The translations under genes were made by a program, and so were the position numbers. Shown here one piece after another: positions 31,754 to 42,011 of a DNA stretch of 64,000 nt. The stretch's first letter is position 1. Each line of letters opens with the position of its first letter. The DNA is taken from contig JAKMXF010000299.1 in assembly GCA_024704765.1 (NCBI GenBank), positions 310,001 through 374,000 of the forward strand, read 5' to 3'. The notes beneath the pieces are model-generated. The model was given only the letters and a program-made list of their open reading frames with translations. It had not been told where the DNA came from and searched no databases. Source of the DNA: Oopsacas minuta. Its lineage: Eukaryota > Animalia > Porifera.

Positions 31754-33619
31754 ATGATGCTCAGTCAGTTGACAGAGTTCTTCGAAAGCAAACCCTCCGA
31801 CAAGAATAAAGAGATGCATCGTCTCTTCAAAGATCTCCCAGAAACTGAGAAAATAATTGACGATTATTCCTGTGCTCTAGCCAAGGAAATTCTTATACAA
31901 GGTCGTATGTATGTGAGTCAAAATTGGTTGTGTTTCTATTCAAACATATTCATGATAGAGAATAAGCTAATAATCCCATTCGCTCATGTAACAGCTCTAA
32001 CAAAGGAGAGAACAGCCCTTGTAATTCCTAATGCTATTACCATTACAGCTAATAATGCGAAGTATGGATTTAGCTCATTCGTGGCTCGTGATATTGTGCA
32101 TAATATTCTAATGCTTATTTGGCAAAATTCGCGATCTTCATCGCCTCTAATCGCAATAGAACTATTCACATCGGTTAGAAAAGCTTGGGGTGTTCATATT
32201 CCGCAAGCAAACAGTGAAGAGGAGATTTGGGGTAGCTGGAAGAAGTACAAACAGTCAACTAGCTCCCAGCGTGAATTAGAACTCTCTACTAGTGTTGAAT
32301 CCCCGACTGAAGAAATTAAAGCTGGACAAATTTCTGTACAGAAATCCCCTGATATAATTCCCATAAGCGATTCCGCATCAAATTTATTAATCGATCAAAC
32401 ATATCATACCCCAGAGGAGAAATCTATCTCATCAGAGGATCTTAACTTCCCTGACAGAATATCCACAACATCTGGTGATAGTAGACAGTCAGATATCGAT
32501 GTTTCCGGTTTCTATACTGATTTAGAGACAACTTATATAGAAAAGAATTATTCTTATCCTTGTGGAAAGCTATTCAATCTTTTATTTATGGAAGGACAGT
32601 TTATGGATGAAGTTATGAGAGAGAGGAAAGGTTCTGAGTGCGATTATGGAAACTGGGAAATAAATCCGTTAGGTGGAAAGCTACGTCAATTACGCTATAG
32701 ATTAGCATTAAACTATTCAATAGGTCCACGTAGCTGTATCAATACAGAAGAACAAGTAATGTCTCCTTCCACTCAGCAAGATATAGTGTACCTCATTGAC
32801 GTACTCATCCGTAATTACAGCATACCCTATTGTGATAATTTCCATGTTATAACAAGGTATCTAATAGTCAGGACTGGTAGCAATGAAACTCTTATGAAAA
32901 TTACTGCCAAGATAATATTCACAAAGATTAGTATTATAACGCCAAAATCCTTTATACAAAGAAATGTGCTAGAAGGATTAAATACTTATTTCATGCTGCT
33001 TGAAGCTGCATTGACTAACTGGATTAAGAGATATCCTTGTGAGACAATTCGCAGTGCGAGTAGAGCTCGTCGTAGAAAGCGCGAAAGTAGAGCACCATTA
33101 CAACTCCCTCTTACTCCGAATAAAAGCGAGCCAGAGGATACATCTACAACAACTACATCCTCACCTACTAAACCAAATACTAACCTATTCCCATCCATGG
33201 TTCCTGTAACTCAAGAAACTAGTAATCGTGGTACAAACACTAGTATGCCTTTCCTAGAAAACTATAAATACTACGTCATGGCTATTTCTGTATTTATTTT
33301 CTGTATACTTTTTTGGTATTTATTACTAGGTTCAAATTCTACTCCACAACCTGATCCACAAGCCTTTAACTGGCCAACTAATCAAAAGGAATGGATAACT
33401 CTTGTACTCAAGCAACAGCGTGCTTATGAACGCAATTTCGCAGCAATAAAGGAATATTTCGCGATTGTACAGGAGAAGCTTGAAGACACAGCTAAGACTA
33501 TAGAGACTCTGAATAAAGTAACTGATGGAGCTATTATGAAAGATGCGATTAATTGTATGACAGATCCTTCTTGTAGTGAAGAAGAGTTACATTCTATTAC
33601 TGACACTCAAAATGAATAA
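31754..33619 (+). CDS. GRAMD1: GRAM domain/VASt sterol transporter (Aster/GRAMD1 family), intronless
   Basis: GRAM: LFKDLPETEKIIDDYSCALAKEILIQGRMYVSQNWLCFYSNIF. VASt: IPYCDNFHVITRY, PKSFIQRN. Single C-terminal TM and luminal helix. Confidence 0.92.
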   Translation: MMLSQLTEFFESKPSDKNKEMHRLFKDLPETEKIIDDYSCALAKEILIQGRMYVSQNWLCFYSNIFMIENKLIIPFAHVTALTKERTALVIPNAITITANNAKYGFSSFVARDIVHNILMLIWQNSRSSSPLIAIELFTSVRKAWGVHIPQANSEEEIWGSWKKYKQSTSSQRELELSTSVESPTEEIKAGQISVQKSPDIIPISDSASNLLIDQTYHTPEEKSISSEDLNFPDRISTTSGDSRQSDIDVSGFYTDLETTYIEKNYSYPCGKLFNLLFMEGQFMDEVMRERKGSECDYGNWEINPLGGKLRQLRYRLALNYSIGPRSCINTEEQVMSPSTQQDIVYLIDVLIRNYSIPYCDNFHVITRYLIVRTGSNETLMKITAKIIFTKISIITPKSFIQRNVLEGLNTYFMLLEAALTNWIKRYPCETIRSASRARRRKRESRAPLQLPLTPNKSEPEDTSTTTTSSPTKPNTNLFPSMVPVTQETSNRGTNTSMPFLENYKYYVMAISVFIFCILFWYLLLGSNSTPQPDPQAFNWPTNQKEWITLVLKQQRAYERNFAAIKEYFAIVQEKLEDTAKTIETLNKVTDGAIMKDAINCMTDPSCSEEELHSITDTQNE

Positions 33620-33783
33620 TCAACTATTATTCATTACAGCTTGTATATCAGTTGATTGATTTTTAATATTTCATCTTTACAATTTGTTTATCTTGTTTGT
33701 TTCTACATCCTGTCCCATATTACTAGCGTTAAAGTATCTGTTATGACGAAAATGGTCTGCCTTATATGTTATTAAGGATTTAA

Positions 33784-33860
33784 CCATGGATGCTGGATTT
33801 AGTTATCAGCTTGGATGTTGTTCTAGGTTATTCTGAGGTACTCTCTCGCTTGATTTGACT
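33784..33860. mobile_element. piggyBac-like MITE (family D), left half only
   Basis: TTAA|CCATGGATGCTGGATT start; shares GCTTGGATGTTG.TCTAGGT with 36516-36642. Confidence 0.6.
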
Positions 33861-33994
33861 GAAAATTTGGATCCAACAAGTTTAAATAACTAATAATCAA
33901 ATGGGGATCATTTTTGTCAAAACAGGTCCATTGGATTGAATTTTAAGTACCATATTGGTTTATTATGTTTTTATCCTATTATTAGCCCTCAGTT

Positions 33995-35086
33995 ATGGCT
34001 TCTAGTAACACTATTCAATCTGAAACAGCTATTCGTGCTGATATCCCATTAACAGAAGCTAGAAGGTTATTCTCTGATCTCTATGACATGCCTAATATCA
34101 TTAAGATGTACGAGTTACCCTCCTATTCAGATCGTAATTTCTATGTTTGTGTAGAACCAAATACAGAGTATGTATTGAAGATAATGTCTAAAATTGATAG
34201 TAATTTACCTTACATGCAAGCTATAGCGAATTTACTATTACTAGTTGATTCAAATAATCTTCCTTATAAATGTTCAAAGCCAAATATTTCTAAGAATGGA
34301 AATACTGTTGAGATGGTATCATTATCAACAGACGCAAATAGCAATGGTAAACATTGTGTAATTCTATTGACATATTTGCCTGGGAAACTGCTTAAAGATG
34401 TCTACACTGGGAATACTATTGATTTAACACTTTTGTATCAGTGTGGTAAAGATCTTGCACAATTTCTTACCATCTTAAAGGACTATTATGATCCTGGATT
34501 AGAATTCCGCAAAGGGTATATATGGGACACTGTTAACCTAAAAATGGTAGGAAAATATATACCAAAAATCAAAGATTTTATTGATCCTAAAGACTTAGAA
34601 TTACTTGAGAAATACTATGGATATTTCATTGAAAAGATTGAGCCAAATCTCGACAAATTCCACAAATGCACTATACACAGTGACCTGAACGAAATGAACT
34701 TATTAGTTAACTCTGACGGAAAATTAATTGGCATAATAGACTTCACAGATACAGTATATTCCTATAGAATATTTGAATTAAGTAATTTAACAGCCTACAT
34801 AATGGTACACTGTTACTCAGAGGGTAGCGATCCTTTTCAAGTAGGTAGACATCTTATACAAGGTTTTCTCACTAAATTACAATTATCAAAATCAGAACTT
34901 GACAACCTATTTACAGCTCTTACAGGTAGATTGATACTTTCAGCAGTAATGGGATATTACTATCATAGTCAAGAACCTACTAATGATTATCTGCTAAATA
35001 CTCCCAAACCCGCTATCAACTTATTACGTCATATATCAGAACATGAACATTCTGCTATTGAAGAGATATTATTCAAACCGTTATGA
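33995..35086 (+). CDS. HYKK: Hydroxylysine kinase (APH/choline kinase fold)
   Basis: ELPSYSDRNFYV, YVLKI, LLTYLPGK, YIWD, IHSDLNEMNLLV, GIIDFTD. Confidence 0.9.
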   Translation: MASSNTIQSETAIRADIPLTEARRLFSDLYDMPNIIKMYELPSYSDRNFYVCVEPNTEYVLKIMSKIDSNLPYMQAIANLLLLVDSNNLPYKCSKPNISKNGNTVEMVSLSTDANSNGKHCVILLTYLPGKLLKDVYTGNTIDLTLLYQCGKDLAQFLTILKDYYDPGLEFRKGYIWDTVNLKMVGKYIPKIKDFIDPKDLELLEKYYGYFIEKIEPNLDKFHKCTIHSDLNEMNLLVNSDGKLIGIIDFTDTVYSYRIFELSNLTAYIMVHCYSEGSDPFQVGRHLIQGFLTKLQLSKSELDNLFTALTGRLILSAVMGYYYHSQEPTNDYLLNTPKPAINLLRHISEHEHSAIEEILFKPL

Positions 35087-35169
35087 TAATACGTATTCTA
35101 TTTATTTATTCTTTATTAGGTTAATATTTATCTTTATATCGATTATAATATCATAAAAAGTTAGAATTC

Positions 35170-35455
35170 TGCAGTCAACTCACGTTTTATCGAATCCCAA
35201 GAGCCCGCGATAGTTACTTCGATACACTTGGAGTTCGATATATCAGATGAAAGCCTTTGACGGTTTGGGACCATATTTGTACACTTTAAGATTCCACAAA
35301 TCGTATTTTGCAAGAATTTTCGAATTTTCTATTGTGCATGCTAATTACCATACAAAACTGAGCTCTATATCAATGAGAACAGTTGTTAATAGGCGGTTTA
35401 CACTGTATTATGATATATGATATATCTGTGTTTGATATATCAAGAGTTGACTACT
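35170..35455 (-). mobile_element. MITE family A, longer reverse-orientation copy
   Basis: CAGTCAACTC ... GAGTTGACTA ends; the internal GGACCATATTTGTACA is the reverse complement of the family motif. Confidence 0.75.
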
Positions 35456-35537
35456 GCTATTTATCCAAGCAAAATGAATTTGAAATTTCCTGTAGAACTT
35501 GCTTATAACTTTCACTTCAAAAACATTATCTAGAGAA

Positions 35538-38500
35538 ATGCCTGTCAAAACCTATGACATGCCTCTGATCAGCTCAGGGCTAAGGCAAGAAGAGTTCATA
35601 CGTCAGATGGTAGACTCCCTCGAATATCTAGAAGCTGTATCAAGTGATATATTTAATCTCATATCTATATCAGTATCAGAGCAGAAAGATAAACTTATTG
35701 ATATTAATAATCGTATAAATACTGCTGAAGCTAAAGTAGAGAAACTCAAAACCAGCAGCTCAAGGGGTCAGTTGTTCCTTTTCGATTTCCTAGTCTGATA
35801 ATACTGTTACCCAATACAAGGTTACTCTGTACGAACTACCATGGATAACTTTATGCTTATTAGTTAGTTAGATAGTGGGGTTTCGTTTGTTCTAGGTCAT
35901 TTCGAGACACGGGTATTTCTAACATAAAATTTACGAAATCCACCATCCATGGTTAAATGTCTGATAAGCATATATTAGAGCATTTTCGTCAGAACAACAT
36001 TCTTATATTGATGACATAACACATTCCATTCATGGAATATACTTTACCAAATATATCAATTACTATACTAATACTGTAGGTACTGTTGTATACTCTGTAC
36101 CGAAATACCCAGCACCCCCAGTGCTAGAGGATCAGAGACCAATATTCTCAAAAGTGGAAGATGGAATCTGTAAAGTCCGCAGAAGCAAAGGAGAGATAGT
36201 ATCCAAACTGGAGCCAGCTAATGATCACCATATCAAGGAATCAACAGCTTACTATATCCTACCAGCTGATGTATGGCCTTCTGAATCAGAGCTAATGGAA
36301 GGAGGGTTTAAGCATAAATTCAAAAAGAATAAGAATCTTGAAGATAATGAAGGATTAGGTAGTCTACCTCGCTATTTACCTTCAGTGTCTTCTTTGATGT
36401 TATTCAATACTTCAGAAAATCCTTATCTCAATTATATTATCATGTAAGTACAGTTTTTATCTCGAATGGTAGCTCTGTTGGATTGTAAACGTTGTTATGG
36501 AAAAAATGTATATAACCATGGATGGTAGATTTCATTTTACCTGCTTGGATGTTGCTCTAGGTCAATTTGAGGCATTCTTCGCTTGGTTGCAGGAGATTCT
36601 ATTATAACATAACACAAAATATACCGAATCCACCATCCCTGGTTAAATATCTAATAAGTATTTTGTCATTTGTACCATCAATCATGAAGGGGTCATTTTT
36701 ATGAAACAACCCCCTTTCGATGATCGCCACCCTCGCTGAGGTAAGTGACCAAATAGCGATTTAATATTTGCTAAATATTTTTATTATATACAATAAAACT
36801 CGGTTAAGATGTGCTCGCTTGGGAAGCAAACATACTAACTCAGGTATGTCTTATCCGAGTAAGTATTAACCGAGGTTGTCAGTACATATCAATTTATACA
36901 TTGAAATTTATAGTTTTGATATAATAGTTAGAAGAATTGTAGACAAGCATCATTCTTCTGACAAACAACTATAATCTGTCCTTTATTATCTAAAGCGATA
37001 CCACATGGATGATCAAACTCACCAATTCCCTGTCCATTTTTCCCAAATCTGTGTACTAGTTCTCCCTCTTTGTTAAACACATGCACACAGTGACTCTTAT
37101 AGTCACTCATTATAAAATTGTACTCTCTGTCAATGTCAAATGCTCGTGGTTTGTTTGTTTGTTTACCATTCCCTCGTGTTATCAACCTGTTGATTAGAAC
37201 ATGTTCAGAGGTAAACACTAACATGCACGGATCGCTATCATCCAACACCAATACCCTATCTCTTGTAACCTTTATATCCAGTGGTTTATTCAACACCCCA
37301 ATGCCTAGCACAGAATGGAAACGTAGATCCTCAGTTAATATCTGTATTCTGCCATTATCAGAATCGCACACGTATATATTATCAGTCCTATGAGAGAAGT
37401 CAATACAGTGTGGTCTGTTAAATTGTGTTTCTTTATTTCCTTGACTACCGACTGATGCGATTAATTTTCCTCCTAGTTCATACATGTTTACAGAATGAAC
37501 ATTTATTTGTGTGACGTAAACATAGTTTTTAGAAATGCATATACCTCGTGGTTCATTCATCTTCGCACTGAACATGAATATGTAATCTCCGTTACTATTG
37601 AATACTTGTACACGATGGTTGTCCCGATCTGTTATATAAATATTACCAGTTTTGTAATGTACAGTCAAGCTCCTACCTCCATTCAATTCTCCTGGAGCTT
37701 TCTGATCTGACGACTTCTTGCAGCTGTAAGTTGTAGGCAGCTGTTTAGTCTTGTACTCCGGTACGATAACCTTTACTTGAGGAGGGAAGGTGCGGGTGGG
37801 AGATATGCTAGTCTCATCATTTAGCTGTATACTCCCAAGCTGTTCAATATCAGTCTCGAATAGATTATCCCATATGAACTCAATACTACAGTCTGTCTCA
37901 ACTGTTAGCTCTGCTATTTTCCTATCAATTGAAGCTTGAACTTCACGTCGAATCTCATCCAACGTATTTGGAATTAGAGTCTCAGTATTTTGCGTTTTAG
38001 CCTTACTCAGTGCTTCTAGAACATTCAACATTTCATCCGTTTTGGTTTTATATTCTGTCTCTATTTGGTCTATCCTAGTTAAAAGGATTTCTTCTCTGTT
38101 TATTAGAAGTTCACGTGTTCTCTTAAAACATTCTTTAACTCTCTTTCTTGTATCATCTATCTGTTCTAGGAATTTAACGTTTATTAATAAGTTAGCCATT
38201 TATCTATAATTCTTATATAAGAATATTATACCTTTATAGTACAAGTTCATTAGTGCGTAATATGAGAAATAATGGTGTATGCTCTTAGTATTTATGTCAT
38301 TACTACCATAGCAATCGTATTATGTTATTCGTATTAGTATGAGATGTACGTAATATTGATTGAAGAATAATTAACCGTATGTATTTATATTCGCAAAAGC
38401 TTTATTTCCTAAACATATTATGTGCAAGTGTTTGCTGAGAGCCCAGAAATTGAGCTACGTAATCTTGTACCGGTCGAAATTTTGACTGACTGCAGTTTGA

Positions 38501-40079
38501 ATTCGGCCAACTTTCTAGATACATACTTGCCAATTGCCCCGAATTTGCTCGGCGTCTTGCTTTTTCTTCACTCAGGTTGTCAAGTATGGAGTTATGATAA
38601 TAGTATACAGCTAATTGTTAAGAGACTATTTACCCTTTCCCGTATGGCTTAATTTCATTTTATTTGTTTGTCTCAGCCATGTTGCATTATCTTCGATTCC
38701 CCTATATTGGGAAACATTATATTCACAGTTTTAAGCAACCCATAAGCTCAGAAGTATACAATTATGTAGAAGGAATCACGTTTCTGTAACAGCTATGATT
38801 ATAGCATGACTAAAGTTATTGCTCCGTTTCATACATAATTTATTGCTCTGTTTAGAATCTTTCTAGTATTTATTATATTTTCATGATCTCTTTGTATTCT
38901 ACGACTTTATTATGCGTACTATATTTACATGTAATTTATGATGCAGTCACTGTAGTGATCCTCTATCTGGCGTCATCAACAAGACAAGAGAGCAACATGA
39001 TGAGAGGGAAGGTCCCAGCGAAGCTCCTAACTCCATACTGACACGAGAGGACAATACTCGTCATCCTCCCGGGTCATTCGGGTATCGTCCTGTAATGAGT
39101 GAAATTTCAAAAATAGATGTACCAGATATATTACCAGATCTACCAAATGTAGCAGAGGATATAATGTATGATGCAGATCTAGGACCTTCTATAGCTCCCT
39201 CCCTAGCTAATGTAGTGCTACCTACTCTCCCTGATATGGAAACTAGCTCTATTATTTCAGAAGCTCCTCCGAGTATTTCTGACTTCAGTCTTCCTCCACC
39301 TACTCCATTACCTGAGCCTTCTGATCTAGAACCACCCCCCCCTGATAATTTTATAGAATTTGATTCTTCTAACTCTTCTGAATCAGAGGAATCTACACCA
39401 GCTAATAGTCCAGATACTGTTGATGATAGAGGAGCATTGCTACGTCAAATTGAAAATTTCAAGAAGAAAGGTTTGTACTTAATAAGAACGTAATTTTCCA
39501 CTCAAGTTATTTAATGCTAATTTAATGATACAATCAACTCCTATTATATCGAACAAGCATATATGGAAATACGGATACTCACTTATATCGATGTCAGAAA
39601 TTGTACAAATATGGTCTCAAACCAAAGTACGAATATCAAAGTACAGTGGTTATCGCTTATAAGAACACCCTTGGGAGTAGCGAAATATTTTCTTCTAACC
39701 GATATGTTCTTATACTCACTGTACCATAATTATTGCGGCCCCTTGAGCTTCGATATAACGGGATTTGACTGTACAATTATCTTCCTTATATATCTTACAT
39801 TCATTTACTTCAGATACATTGAAGCCAATGCAGCAACGTCATGAACGCAAAATTCAGAAACAGAAACAAGTAGATGAATCAGAGGATATAATGATGCAAC
39901 TTAAGAACAGATTACATCTGAGAAGAGAAGGAATATCAGGTCACAAGAGAGAGAGAGGTGCTCACATCGAGAAGAGAGAATCTGTTTTAGAACAGATGTC
40001 TCTCCTTATTCCTCCATCTAATATTGATAATACTGAGGCTATTTTAGAAGATTCTGGCGACGGTCAATGGTCAGATTGA
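35538..40079 (+). CDS. WASHC1: WASH complex subunit 1 (Arp2/3 activator), 4 exons, 457 aa
   Basis: Exons 35538-35766, 36080-36443, 38956-39470, 39814-40079 join in frame through GT-AG introns. Motifs LRQEE, VPKYPAP, EGLGSLP....SVSSLMLFNTSENPY, DPLSG, IDVPDILPDLP..AEDIMY.ADLGPSIAPS, WH2 (LLRQIE), RREGISG, acidic C-terminal W. Confidence 0.93.
35839..35952. mobile_element. piggyBac-like MITE family D (WASHC1 intron 1)
   Basis: CCATGGATA ... AAATCCACCATCCATGG|TTAA. Confidence 0.65.
36516..36642. mobile_element. piggyBac-like MITE family D (WASHC1 intron 2)
   Basis: ATAA|CCATGGATGGTAGATT ... AATCCACCATCCCTGG|TTAA; inverted ends with (A/T)TAA-TTAA flanks. Confidence 0.75.
36789..36884. mobile_element. 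Short TA-flanked MITE remnant
   Basis: TACAATAAAACTCGGTTAA / TTAACCGAGGTTGTCAGTA imperfect inverted ends. Confidence 0.5.
36928..38199 (-). CDS. Coiled-coil plus NHL-repeat beta-propeller protein (TRIM-NHL-like, no RING/B-box), nested antisense in WASHC1 intron 2
   Basis: 423-aa intronless ORF. N-terminal coiled coil followed by about 6 NHL repeats (GNIYITDRDNHRVQVF, QFNRPHCI, IYVCDSDNGRIQIL, GEFDHPCGIALDNKGQIIV). Confidence 0.9.
   Translation of the reverse strand: MANLLINVKFLEQIDDTRKRVKECFKRTRELLINREEILLTRIDQIETEYKTKTDEMLNVLEALSKAKTQNTETLIPNTLDEIRREVQASIDRKIAELTVETDCSIEFIWDNLFETDIEQLGSIQLNDETSISPTRTFPPQVKVIVPEYKTKQLPTTYSCKKSSDQKAPGELNGGRSLTVHYKTGNIYITDRDNHRVQVFNSNGDYIFMFSAKMNEPRGICISKNYVYVTQINVHSVNMYELGGKLIASVGSQGNKETQFNRPHCIDFSHRTDNIYVCDSDNGRIQILTEDLRFHSVLGIGVLNKPLDIKVTRDRVLVLDDSDPCMLVFTSEHVLINRLITRGNGKQTNKPRAFDIDREYNFIMSDYKSHCVHVFNKEGELVHRFGKNGQGIGEFDHPCGIALDNKGQIIVVCQKNDACLQFF
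39529..39773. mobile_element. MITE family A (WASHC1 intron 3)
   Basis: TA|CAATCAACTCCTATTATATCG ... CGATATAACGGGATTTGACTG|TA. Confidence 0.8.
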
Positions 40080-40484
40080 GTTTGTGCTAAGTATTGCTTT
40101 ATACATATATCAATATTGCATGATTAGTATGTATATGTGCTACTAGCGTATATTTCTTTGAGAATTTTAAGGAATAGTTTGTGGTTATTATATCAAGTTT
40201 CGATTAGATATATAGTGGCTGCCGGTTATAAGAACCCCATTGGGAATAGCAATACATGCTCTTCTAATCTGCATAAAATATACAGGAATATAGAACCGAT
40301 TTCTAGAGGATGGTACTTATATATTATATCCGGTATGTTCTTATATCTGGCATCCACTGACACTTCGTGACTAGGAAATTTTATATTTACTCACAAACAA
40401 TATAAGTATACGCAAGTATGTTTATTTGTTCCTTACAATTAGCTTCATATATTACATAACTACACGAAGTACTACAACTTCTCT

Positions 40485-41516
40485 ATGGCTTCAGAATCAA
40501 GTATGTCAACCTCAGTGGAGCAGGGTAATAGCTCTAACGGTACCTCTAAGATGGGTCAGGTCCGTCGCGCTTACAGCCGCACGCGTCAATTCACACTTGA
40601 GAAATTCGGTAAAGGTGAGGTGACCGAATACGGCCCTGAATACACTCGCCTGTGCACTAAAGTTGATAAAATACGCTCGTATACTGAGCGTATATCGATG
40701 GAAGTAAGCTATCTACTACAGCCTAATCCCACGCTACGGATGGAAGAGTTTCTCATGAAAAGAATGAGTCCTACACATGGTATCAATCTTCCTCACCTAG
40801 CATTAGGAGATAGTCTCCTTAGTTACGGGAAAACTCAAGAAGGAATGTTAGGTGCTTATCTCTCTAACTGTGGAACAGCTCATAAAGGTATAGGAGAGAG
40901 CAGGAGAAAATTTATGGAGGAAACCAACGCGTATTTGCTCACTCCCCTCAGAGCATTTCTAGACGTAGACCTGAGAGCTGCTAATAATGAACGTAAGAGG
41001 TTAGGAATCCTCCGTTTGGATTTAGATGCCGCTAAATCTGAATACAGAAAATGTACCAAAACTGAGAAGCTTAAACAGCTGGAGGAGCGAATGGCTATAG
41101 AAGATGAAGCATACTCTGAACAGTACCAAAAGACCGTAGACTGCTATAAACGGATAGTAGAAGTACATGAACGTCATCTAGGTTACTTCAAGAAGTATAT
41201 TGCGAGCTACTCTAAGTACATGCAGGAATCTGTTATATTCTTAGATGGCATTACAACTACACCACAGGTCACGGAATCAGATGAGAAGTTGGATAATACA
41301 TCTGGTGGGAAACAAGACGGGATTTTCACTATAGGGAGTGAGCCCAGAAAAGCTAAGGCAAAGTTTGACTACACAGCAAACTCTGATGAAGAGATACCTA
41401 TCCTAAAGGATGAGGTTGTCATGGTAACGCAAGAGAATGATGCAGGCTTTGCAACAATCGAGAAGATTAACGGTGAGACTGGGAAAGTGCCTACTGCCTA
41501 TCTAGAGTTCCTATAG
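40485..41516 (+). CDS. SH3GLB1: Endophilin-B (N-BAR plus SH3), intronless
   Basis: SRTRQFTLEKFGKGEVTEY, LLQPNPTLRMEEF, ERKRLGILRLDLDAAK, C-terminal SH3 (KAKAKFDY...GKVPTAYLEFL). Confidence 0.88.
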   Translation: MASESSMSTSVEQGNSSNGTSKMGQVRRAYSRTRQFTLEKFGKGEVTEYGPEYTRLCTKVDKIRSYTERISMEVSYLLQPNPTLRMEEFLMKRMSPTHGINLPHLALGDSLLSYGKTQEGMLGAYLSNCGTAHKGIGESRRKFMEETNAYLLTPLRAFLDVDLRAANNERKRLGILRLDLDAAKSEYRKCTKTEKLKQLEERMAIEDEAYSEQYQKTVDCYKRIVEVHERHLGYFKKYIASYSKYMQESVIFLDGITTTPQVTESDEKLDNTSGGKQDGIFTIGSEPRKAKAKFDYTANSDEEIPILKDEVVMVTQENDAGFATIEKINGETGKVPTAYLEFL

Positions 41517-42011
41517 CTCCCAGTGCTAATGCATTATCTCAAACTTGTATATTTCTGTTACATGAATTACCCTTTAGATATTAGAAATTACGTGAATGAG
41601 CTCAGTGTTGTGAAGATTATTAGTGCACTAATGGGATAATACATCGTGTATGTTTATGTAATTATAACTATATCTGTAATTTGTATTACTATCCTATACT
41701 CATTGTTATTCAATTGTCTACCTATTTAGTATATATTTGTGAGTTTATTTGTATACGTAATGTTGTATATTAAGAATTGTCTGTATAACAGATTAGGGGT
41801 GCTGTACGTATAAGCAAATGGTCTAATCGGTGTTTTCACGGATTTAGGCTCGTATTTATCACCCTTACACTTTTGTGTACAAATATCTCTGTACACAAAC
41901 GTTGCGCTAGCTTTGTACACAAAGGTCATTCAACATAATCCAATAACTTCTTGAAAAGGAGATTAATGTCTATCTTATTATATATGAATACATTGCCTGT
42001 AATAAGCTATC

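Noticed and set aside
39563-39844. 93-aa ORF in the WASHC1 intron; also the 80-aa ORF 15221-15463
   Set aside because: Both lie largely within or across MITEs and show no transposase or other protein motifs.
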